64,000 nucleotides of DNA from a virus (taxonomy: Duplodnaviria > Heunggongvirae > Uroviricota > Caudoviricetes): IMG/VR virus record IMGVR_UViG_3300044715_000866. One strand, written 5' to 3'. This document shows, one piece after another, positions 1 to 11,600 of this stretch. The translations under genes were made by a program, and so were the position numbers. The number at the start of each line of letters is the position of its first letter. Within the stretch, counting starts at the first letter, position 1. The notes under the pieces were generated by a model that worked only from the letters and a program-made list of their open reading frames with translations, was not told the origin of the DNA and did no database searches.

Positions 1-1955
1 AGTTGCAAGAGGAATAGTTATTCCAGTTACTACCGTTGGATCATCTGGTAAAGTTTGTACAGGGCTGCTATAGTCTGATGCAACTGACAGCCCGCCATCA
101 TTTACTGCAATTAATGCATACTTGTAAATATCATAAGAAGTTAACCCTGTACTACTATAGGTTAATGTAGTAGTTCCAGAAGTAGTTACTCCGGTTAATG
201 TTTCCGACGTACTAGTTGTATTATTGTACTTAATTAAATTATAACTCGTTGCACCTGTAATCGCACTCCATGAAACATTAAGTTTAGTTCTACCATCTGG
301 CGGAGAAAGTGTAGTAACTGACGGACTTGATGGTTTCTCTAACTTAGTTCTAAATGTTACATCTGATGTAGTTATAGAATTATTTTCATTAGTTGTTGTT
401 ACTGACACTGAATATAATCCATTTGCAGTTAACGTAGTAGTAAAAGGAGTTTGACCCATTGTTGCAGAAACTGACGTTCCGACATCTTTTGATTCTAATA
501 CTGTTCCACTTTGTTTAAGATTAACAGTATACTTTGTAACTTGACCAATTGCAGCTGTCCACGTTGCAGTTGCAGTAGACGATGTAATATTTGGCAATGT
601 AACTGCTAAGTTAGTTACTACTGCTGCAGGTCCTGGCAATGTTCTTACAATATTACTAACCGGAGATGCAACTGACGACCCGCCTGCATTAACTGAAACT
701 AATGTATATTTGTATTGATTATAACTTAGTAAATCAGTATCGAGATACGGTGATGTAACATTAGTTAGTGTTACTGATGCATTCCCTGGAGTAGTAACAT
801 CGTACCTAATTAAATTATAACTTGTATGTCCGGTAACATTTTCAGTCCATGTAACAGTAAGTTGGTGTTGACCTAACGATGTATCAACTACACCTGTTAC
901 TACCGGAGCATTAACTGGAGCAGCTGTAGTTGTCCAAATATCTTCACTTGTTGATACAGGTAAATTATAGAATATAGATGATTCGTTTACTGTATACAAT
1001 GTTGCTGTATATTTTGAAGTAGCAGCTAACCCTGTTGAAATTGTAATCGTATTAGTTGTATTTGTTACATCATTTTTTCTATATACTTCAGTAGTTGTTC
1101 CAAAATTTACTACTACAAGTTGATAATAGTTAACTACTGGACTAGTTGACAATGTCCAATTAATAGTAAGGGTTGATACAGTTGAAGATGGTGTTGTAAA
1201 CACTGCAGATATTGGAGCATCTGGTAATGATCTTACAGAGTCACTTGTTGCCGACATCAGACTGTCTCCGCCTGTACTATGTCCTTTAACTGTATAGGTA
1301 TGTGAGGTATACACACCAACAGTATCAACATATGGCATTGTAGAAACTGTAGCAGTCGGAGTACTTGCACCGTCTCTGTATATGTAATAAGTAGTTGCAT
1401 AAGTTGATGCAGAATTTACACTTATTTGTGTAGAACTTTGTACTGTACCAACCGGTTTTGATGGAGTTAATGGTACATTTTCTAATGTTAATAAATCAAC
1501 TGATGTAGTTTTAGTTGCTGACACATTCTTAGCACTAACATCAACTCTATAGTTCTTAGTGTCTGAATGTACTGCTGATGCAATTAATCCTGTTATATTA
1601 GCCGATGATGCAGATTGCGCTAAGTTACCAGAATCGTATACAACTGAACTATCAGATAACTTAGTTACTATTACCTGATAATTATCTACTTGACCGTCAA
1701 TTACTAAACTTTGATAAGCCTTCCACGTCACAGTTGCAGTAGTTTGCGTTATAGCTGATAGCACTACATTACTTGGCGGCATGATGTTAGATTTACCATG
1801 ACCATTATGAAGTGATATAATAGTACCACTTGTTCGAGAAACTTGAAATAAAATTCGAACATCGTCGTCATTTAACGAAATTGGTCCGGATGCTTTATTT
1901 AACTCTGTGCGAACTTGCCCCATTGAAATTGCATTGTATTCTAATGGCAATGTCA
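1..1955 (-). CDS. Virion structural protein with fibronectin-III/Ig-like repeats, partial. The N-terminus starts at 1955 and the C-terminus runs off the window start.
   Basis: The minus-strand frame is open from the ATG at 1953-1955 (RBS aaagga 8 nt upstream) to position 1 with no stop. The translation is MTLPLEYNAISMGQ.... It contains repeated ~90-aa units with TWTA/NWT and YNLI(K/R)Y...VNxGG signatures typical of FN3-like domains. The ORF track omits it because it has no in-window stop. Confidence 0.7.
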
Positions 1956-2585
1956 TTATTTAATTCCTTTTAACTCGTCTATTTGAACTTGTTGTGCTTT
2001 AATACATTCAATTAACAATGGAATTAATTTCTGATAATCAACAGCTAAAATGCCATTATCTCTTTCATGTACTGCTTCTGGTAGTACTTCAATTACTTCT
2101 TGAGCAATTACACCTACGTCATATTCTTTAAATAAAGATTGATTTTGAGTTGCATAATAATCTGCAGTCCATTTAAATGTATTGCCTGAAAGTGTTAGTA
2201 ATTTCTCAAGTGGGTTAGCAATAGGAGTAATATTTTCTTTTAATCTTTTATCCGAACTATTGTAAGCAGTAATATTCTGCAACGCAGTAAGATCATGTTT
2301 ACAATTTACTACACTACCAGCAGCTGTCGACCCAATGTTAACTATAGTTGCAGCTCCACCAATATTAAGAGTAGTTGCAGTAGTATTAATTAGATCAAAG
2401 CTTCCAACAACTGATGCAGATATAGAATCTGTAAAAAGAGGAGCAGTTGCAAAAACTAACTTCCCAGTACCAGTAGTATCAACTGCACCGACATCAGCTA
2501 AATTAATGTAATCTAAATATGCTAATCGACCTAAATCAGCATTAGTTGGTACTTGATGTGGTCTATTTCCTATAAAACTACTCAT
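1956..2585 (-). CDS. Small tail-fibre-like protein with a C-terminal peptidase-S74 intramolecular chaperone (auto-cleaving) domain.
   Basis: The 209-aa protein has the conserved S74 block SDKRLKENITPI...LEKLLTLSGNTFKW...GVIAQEV...YQKLIPLLIECIK, matching endosialidase and T5-L-fibre chaperone domains. Its N-terminus is Gly/Thr-rich and fibre-like. Confidence 0.75.
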   Translation of the reverse strand: MSSFIGNRPHQVPTNADLGRLAYLDYINLADVGAVDTTGTGKLVFATAPLFTDSISASVVGSFDLINTTATTLNIGGAATIVNIGSTAAGSVVNCKHDLTALQNITAYNSSDKRLKENITPIANPLEKLLTLSGNTFKWTADYYATQNQSLFKEYDVGVIAQEVIEVLPEAVHERDNGILAVDYQKLIPLLIECIKAQQVQIDELKGIK

Positions 2586-2640
2586 TGTTGCAACCCTTTT
2601 AACGTTTTAGTTTTGTATGTTTGTTTCATTATTTATTCCC

Positions 2641-5600
2641 TTATTGCATTGTAAGTACTAACAATTCATTACCGCTTAATTGTTTTGCGTAATATGTAAA
2701 TTTTGTAATGTATTGTGTACCGACTCCATTACCAAATTTTAACATATTAACATCAATTGGAGCTGCAAAATTGCTATCATCAACAGCCGCTGGCTGATTA
2801 TTAAACGTATATGTTGCAGGAGATGTTGCAGGATTTAAACCATAACTAACTGCATGAGTTACAATTGTGTTTAACGTTGACGTTGTATAACCAGCAAAAT
2901 CAAACTGAACAGTTGAGGTGTTAGTTTTACAAACCGAATTATATACAATGCTTCCGCTAGCCGAATTACATCCAACTTCAATGTACGATGTTACTGCAGG
3001 TGAAGTTTGAATTCTAGCACCGCCGTAATCAGCAAATCCGTCATTAATACCTAACGCAGTATGTGATAACACCATAGTACCTTGTGTCTTGCTATACCAA
3101 CTAGAAAAATTAGTTCCAGTTACATTAACATCTTCTACAGTTCGAAGCACTGGTGCTTCGAGCGTAGGAATATAACTTGTCATATATTTACCATCTTCAA
3201 GTTGCGCTCCCCATAATACAACAGTAGTATCAGTAGATGCAAACTGTAAACTTATTTTATTTGTAGGTGGAGATTCAGTAAAGCTAAGTCGAACTAGCGA
3301 TGAAATATCATATGTTGATTCATCTATTACTGTCCAATTCATACTAGTTGAGAATTTATAACTTATTGCGCCAACTCCTGTAACTCGTTTAATCCATATT
3401 GAGAATGTTTTAAACCCACTACCCGTTGTCGAATCGTTAAACACTAATTCTGCATTAGCAGCATTGGCAGTAAATTGATATGCAAACCCTATACCATACG
3501 GAGTTAAAGTATTTGATGTTGCGCGTGTCATTAACGGATATGTCCATGACGAGAACGATTCAGATCTTGTTAAATAATTTGTTCTTGCTTCTTCAAGTAA
3601 CAACCCTTTTGACTCTCTAGTAATTGGATCGTGATCAAACCTTGCGCAATTTGGATCAGCAACAACTAATAAACCGGTTGAATTATAATATGTTGCAATA
3701 CTTGTTCTGCTAAACGTAATACGAGGATCAAGTGTTTTACTATTAGCAAAATCAAACATAACTGATGGACGTATTGTTGGTCTTGTTGCAGTTGCAGTAA
3801 TCCCTGTTGCAGACATTATTGAACTACCTAATGTTAAGTCAATTCGGCTGTTTGTTGATAGTGCCCATTTTCCAGTTATAGTACCTTCAATAGTTGCATC
3901 ACCAGTTGATAATGTTTTAGATTTTAATACACTAGTAGCTGCAGTAACATCTAACGTACCTGTAATTGCTACATTAGTAGATGATGCCGCGCCACCCGAT
4001 GCAACTATAAAATCAACGTTGCCAGGTGTAGTAAATTTAACTTGTCTGTTTGGATTAGTATCGTCAACATTATATGTATCAATGATAGTATAACCATCAA
4101 CTTTTAAACCTTTAACATTAATAACACCGTTAGTATCTGTCTGAACAATACTAGATGCTCCGCCAACTTGTGTATACGGAACTACTTCATATGCAGTTGC
4201 CTTACTGCTAACTACTGTTTTAACTGTCATTACACCAACTGATGTAAATGTTGCATTTTTAATACCGTCGCCATCAAGTACAATGTCACCTGTTGAAACT
4301 TCAGTAACTGCACCGGTTGCATTAGTATAGTTACCTAACATTTTCTTAGCAGCAACATGTTTTATTTTAGAAATATCAATACCGTTAGCAGATGTTCCGG
4401 TTTCTAAATCAATCCACCCATTAGTAGATTTAAACACTGCACTATTATACGTTGATACACCTAAATCAGATTGCAGATTAGTTGATGCAGCTCTTGCCAC
4501 TGCTTTAACTAAGTTTAACTTGCTTTGATCTATTTCAGCAGTTAAACTAACCATACTGTTAACAATTTTAGCAGCCCCAATAGTTGAAGTTAATGTAGCA
4601 GTAGAACCAACTACTACATACGCAATAGTTACATCGCCAGTTAATGTTGAGTTAATCCATTTATTTGGTCCAAGTAACCCAGTGTTTCTTTGTACTAGTA
4701 ATTGAGCATCAACTAATGTAGCAGATGTTATTGATACATCTCCTAATTCTGATATTGCATTGTTACTAGCAATTAATCTATCAACATACCCTTTAGTTGC
4801 AGCATCTTTTGATTCAATATCAGGTTCTAAACTTGGTGTTTTAAGATTAGTAATTGCATTGTTACCCATTGATAAATCGCCAGACATAACAAGCGATCCG
4901 TTTAATGGTAAAAACCCTGGTCCAATCCATGTAGAGAATGGAACTGCAGAACCACCGTGGTCTAAACCTAATCGTTTGTCAATATATCCACGTACTGCAC
5001 TTTGTACTGGTACCGTGTCAGCAGCGTTGTTAGTTAATGAAGAGTCTGATGAAAATTCATTTACTACAACACCTCGACTAAATCCAAAACCTTCAATATT
5101 TGATAATGAAATCTTAGCACTAAATGTTACTGTTCCTGTACCTTGATCTACTGAGAAAAACCGCCCTACTCTAAATATACCGTCTTGGTTGGTTGAAACA
5201 TAGAAACAACGACCTACGCCTTCGTCCAACGTCTCGCGTGATGCATTACGAGGTAAAGCAGGATCACCGTAAATTGAATATGGAATATTTGTTGTACTAT
5301 ATCCGCCTGTTCCAATATCGCAGAAATCATGCCCAGTTGCACGACATGTACTAATACGTGTTGTTACTTGTGCAAGTGAATTAGATTGGTGTCCAATTTT
5401 TAATGTATACGACGAACTACGACTAAAAGGTTTACTAATACCTAAATTAGAACTAGTTCCAGATGCTAATGTATCTGTTATTAGCGTAGGATCTACTATA
5501 TCAAAAACACCCGGATTATATGGATAAAATACAGTAGCACTTGTAGCTGTTGCAGATATTACACGAACAAATCCATTATATAATGCGTTAATGTTTCCTT

Positions 5601-8600
5601 CAACTTTAAGCCATGAATTGTCTGCTAGTGTTGTAGCTCTTGCATTAAATTGGAAAGTTACTGAATATCCGGTTGCGTTAGTTGACGAAGTTGGTAACGG
5701 AGATGTAAGTACTGTAGATGTAGTACCTAAAATTTCAGCTCCCGGATTAACAGATTCTACAGGATCAGTTGGGTATAACACAGTTATTCTATTAACAGAT
5801 ACTCCTTCAGATGCAGTTGTATCTACATACACCGGAGTAGATAATTCAACTGATAAATCAGCAGGTGTTATAGGTTGAAGTTCATCTGGAAGATGTAAAT
5901 TTAAATCCGGAATATTAATATATCCAGAACCACGATAAACAATTTTAATTTCAACAATTTTAGTATCAACAATCTTACATACTGCTTTTGCTTGTTTTGT
6001 ATATCCTCCGCCATCGATTGTAATTGTCGTACCATCAGGATATCCAAGACCGCCATTTACAACAGTTATTGTTTTAACATTTGCCGCAGTTGATGCTCTA
6101 ATTTGAGATCCTGCAGGAACCCAACATGACGGACTAACTGTAATAGTATGATTTGGAATATCAACTTCTTGAATAATTGCACCAACGCCACTAATTGATT
6201 CTACTGCCGAGGTCACAACCATGCCAACCTTAAATCCATTAGTTGAACTAATTGTTAACGTAGTTTGATCTAATACACCAACAACTTGATAAGAACCGTT
6301 ATAGTCACTTAATGCGTTATCGTTAACTGCAATATTAAGATAACCGTCAACTTTTGGTAACACATTATCTTTATTATACGGAACATCAAACGTTACGACT
6401 GTAGCAACTACGCTGCCGTCTTGCAATGCCTTACTATGATACGACATTGCAGGTAATGTATAGTCGTCGGCACTATTATTTGTTATTGGAACACTTGAAA
6501 TTTCAATATATCCGTTACGTGTAGATCCAAATGTAACTGAGTAATTATTAATTGCAGTACCGACTGTATCTCTAACTGTTACAACTGCAATAGCCGGGTC
6601 TTCGCTATTAATTACTACATTATCAACATACCCAGTAAGTGTGATAGTAGTTCCATTTTTTACTACAAAATAATCAGAAATATTAATTGTGCCTACAGTA
6701 CCACTAACTGTTAGTATATTACCAACATAGCTAGTACATGTTCTACTAACTGCAGCAGTTGGTTGTACATATTGCAAAATTTGATGTATTCTACCATTCC
6801 ATGCTGTAATATAGGTTTGTTTGTTAAGTTGATCTATTACTGCAATTTGTGTAATTGGAATTACTGCAAGTTTAGTATCACTTACTTTATACCCTTGGGT
6901 TGCATTTGTAAACGAAACTTCGCCTGATGGTGTTACCGACGGTGCTGCCTCTAATGATGGTTCAACTGTTGTTAACACAATCTCAAATTTACCAGCATCT
7001 ACACCTGTTTTTGCAACTACAGATTGGACTATTTGTCCAGCAAACCCAATACCAACAATTGTTTGACCTACTGCAATGGTAGTACCAGCTGCAACGTTAT
7101 TAACGACAATCGTCGTACTTGATGTACTACCTGATACAACAGTTGCAGTAATAGTGTTAGACGGATCGCCGTTGATGATATTAGTAGGATCGATCATAAT
7201 ATTGTAATATGCAAATGAATTATCACTTTGTAAAATTGCAATATTTGGATCTAATAGCTCACCGGTTGATTCTGCTAAATTATAAGCAACGATACGATAT
7301 ACATCATTTAAGTTATCGTTATATTGCAATGCAGTAGACGGTCTAGTTGGTTTAACGTTATCAATGTTATTAAACTTAACATTTTTTAATACACGAATTG
7401 ATACTACTTGTCCATCATACAACGCTTTTGCTAATCCTGAACTTGCAGTGTTATTATCGCCTGATGTACTTAAATTAAGTTTAATTACAATTATGTTGTT
7501 TACCCGAACAGTAGTATACTCAACTGATGTAATAATATAGTTAGTAATAATACCACCGTTTGCACTATGGTCAATTTCTAATCCCGACCCGGTAGTTGGA
7601 ATATACTCATACGCATGTACCCATACTGCAACTGCAGGAGTAGTAGCAGTAGGCACCATCTCGTTAATAGTTTCACCTTGTTTATAAACTTTTGCAGTTT
7701 GCAACATATGATTTGCTAAGTTTGCACTATCTGGTAATTCAGTAACATCAAACCCTGAAGCACGCATACCATAGTTACCAAATGTGTTTGAACACCCGAC
7801 ACCACGTAAATTACTACCGTTATTTGCCCAGAACCCGGTATGTGCATAATATGTAAATGTACACACTTGTTCAGTAAATGCACCGTTAGATGCTACTATA
7901 CCATAACCTAAATCGTTAAACATTGCAAAGTCATTTGCTAACATTGAACGATTACCACCGGTTTCTAAATTAATTGTTAAATCTGCACCGTTGTTTAAAA
8001 AATCAGTTACTTGTTTAGCAATCCCAGTAGGACCTGTAATATCTAACCCAGTGTATGCAGTTGTATTAACATTACTTGGCAACGTAGGCCATTCTACTGT
8101 AGGTAAGGTTGATGCTACATTTGGATTTGAATTTACATAATCAATTACTATATTAACTAGCGTAGTAAGGGTTAAATCAAATGTACTATCAGCAGCTAAT
8201 GTTTGAATTTGATTTTCTTTATTGCCACGGGTTGGAGTTACTTCAACACCTTTAACAATTGATGTTAAAATATTACGTAATCTTATGTATGCTGTTTGAC
8301 ATACTGATTGCACATCTCCATCTAACAATACTGATTCATATAAATTTGAATTGTTTTTAGAAAATAACGACGTAGCATAATCAACTGTTTGGCTGTTACC
8401 GCCATAGAAAATATCATATGTAATTGCATCAACTAAATAGCCAACATCACGTTCACTCTTTTGTCTATTATAGTTAGGCAACGTGCTTAACACATAATTA
8501 TCTGAAATATACGCAGTTATTTCAGCTTTAATAAACGGTTTATTAATTTGAAGAATATCACGAGCTTTATTTTCATTTAGTGTTTTAGATGCCCAAACAA

Positions 8601-11600
8601 AGTCTAATGTAGCACTTACACCGTTAACTAACATACTTGTTATAAGTGTACTTGATAAAGTTAACCCGGGAATTTCAGCATTTGCTAATTCGATCGATTT
8701 CTCAATTCCTGCTTTAGTTAACCCTTGAAGCTCTCCAATTAACAAACTAGAAGATAGTCTTAAGAATGCTCTACCTGCATGTATTGCACGATAATTAGTA
8801 CCTAATATCGCATCAGTAACTACTGCATCAATTACATACCCTGCATCGCGTCGTGCCTTTACTTCATCGTACACTAAATTGTTTGATATTGGATTATACA
8901 TATACGGCGTTGTAGTATCTAACGTTAACGTTACTGTTTGAGTAGCAGCATTAAATTCAACAATGTCGTCAATTTGATAACGCTTTCCTCTAACATAAAA
9001 CGAACATGGCGGTTGTGGAGGTCTAACATCAAGTCCGCTGCTTTGACCAAACACAATTTTACCAGACGGCGTACTATCTGCAACTGCACTTAATACCACT
9101 GTAGCATTAGTCGATGGCGCAACTGGTAACGTTACACTTACAACATATTGTCTACTTTCAAATCCAGTACCTGTAATTTTAACACCTGGTTTTAATCCAA
9201 CAATGTTAACGATATTATTAACAACCATAGTAGTTGATAATCGTCCGCCACTTACATATGTACCAACTGCACTAGTTGTACCTTGTACTTTAATTGTAAG
9301 ACCTAAGTCAGTAATCTCTTTAATAGTGCCGTATACGCGACCTGCAAATCCGTCAATATATTGTCCACCTGCAAATCGTTTATAGTTGTTACTTTGTGAA
9401 AAACTAGAACATTCTTGAATGTACGGTGATTTAGTTTTAATGTTACCTTCTGGATCTAGAACCATTGCAAAGCCGCCTTGACCTTGGAACGTTACACCAA
9501 TAATACGATTACCTTCATTACATAAGAATACGTCAATTTCTTTATTATTTTTAGCAGGACTTGTTACATCTAATGGATTAGTTAAATAATGACGTCCGTA
9601 GTTAATAGTGTCAAACAAGAACCAGTTGCCGGCTAGTTTAGTAAATGCAGTTTCAAACGGATAAATTACCGTACAGTTCATTGTGTTACCACTAACTGAA
9701 TCAATAACTGCTTTTCCTCTTTTCTTATTGCCACCAGCAGGTATAACATTATCAGTAAACACTTTACCTACCCAACTTAATAATGCTTGGTAATTATTAC
9801 TTAACGTGATAATAATTTTACCACTAACACCGTCAAGCGTAGCAGTAATACCTAAAGAGACTAACGGTGCCGAATTTGAAGCATAATCAATAAGACCTAC
9901 TTCTAACGCATCAATAATTGCATCGCGATAGAAAAATACTCTACGCCACGGGCTTTGACTTTCTCTATCGATTGGACGAATAAGTGTTCTACGCATCTCG
10001 TCACCGCGAACTGAAACGTTTGCTGGAATTTTTAACGGAAAGTCTTCGTAATATATTCCGCTTTCTATAAATACTGAAAGATTTAAATCTCGTACTGTTT
10101 CACCAAATTCCAATTCTTCGCCTACTTTAAAGAAACCGGGTTTAGTTAATCGAACTTGTATTCTGTCTTTACCTGTTGATATTTCAGGTGTGTATTTTAC
10201 AATGCTAGCATACGCCCCTGATGCAGTTAAATTAGTTGACACCCGGCCAACTCCGACAATTATCTTAGCAGGAAAAATATCATTGCTTTTTGGAGCACCT
10301 TGGTCAACATAACCCTTACCGCCGTTGTCAATATCAATATTCCAAATTGCAGTACCGTGCGACGGCGTGGCTGCAAAACTAACACCGTAACGGATTATGT
10401 CTAATACACTATCTAAACTATCAGTAAATATTGCAGTAGCTTCATCTGAAATTTCAGACAGATAGCTGCCAACTACTCCAATGCTACTTGATGGTAGTAT
10501 TGCAGTTGATGAAAACGCAGTAAGCTGAGTTTCAGCTTGTTGGTATCGAACTGCTGTGTAACCTGTTAATACCTCTATACCTAAGTTTTTTGCAAATGCA
10601 ATACCGTCAAAAGATTGAACATAATGTGTGCCAATTGCAACTGATTTCGCGCTTGAGTTTTTGTAAAAACTTTTACCTGCAGTTATTGATTGCCAGTTTC
10701 CACCGGTAATAATATCTATTGCGGCTGCATCAACTATTAGTCCAATATCGCGATAACATAACGATTCATCATAATTAAATCCACCGCCAAACGCAGTATT
10801 AACATAATCAATAGAGGTATTTTCAATTACTTCGGCATTATTATTAATAATAACCTTTAAACTAATTGCATCAATGTATGTTCCACCAGTAAATATAGTG
10901 TCATCAACTGGGATACCCATATATAAGTCATTATCAATTGCAGTAGCTGCAGCTGTAAATTTTGTACCAATAAGGGTTGACGTTGCATTAGTATCATCGT
11001 CGTCGCTATGTCCGTTAACGATAGTTCTAGCGTATAACGAAGTTTTACTAATAACAGTTTTTGTAATAGCCGGCGTGCTAACTATTGTCATTTGATGTGC
11101 AGCTGCAACCGATGCTGCTGTCCCGCCGTACGTAATATCATAACATACTGAAATAATTAGTTTCCTTAAATCAACTGCTAATATAGCTAAAACATCTACG
11201 TCAGTGATACTTTCATCAATATCTAAATATGAGTTAACATCATTAATAATACTAGTAATAGCAGCATTATCTAAACGATTACGTGCGTTACGAATCCAGC
11301 CATTTGGTAGCGGTTGTGTAGTGCCGCCAGTTACATATGAATTTACTTCAACATTAATATCTGGATATCTTGGTAACTCTGTCGGAAGTTCACCTGACTT
11401 AATTATTGTGTCAATTTCAACAAACAACGCGTTAATTCTTTCTAAATAATTAGGATCGTTAATTACTGGGTAGAAGTGATCCATATACCATGATGCTGTA
11501 GTAGTAACATCTGAATTTGTGCCAACAGTGTATATAGATTTATCTAATTCTAATGCTGTAAAAAATGTTATTAAATCAGGTGTCCCAGCAGCAGAATTTG

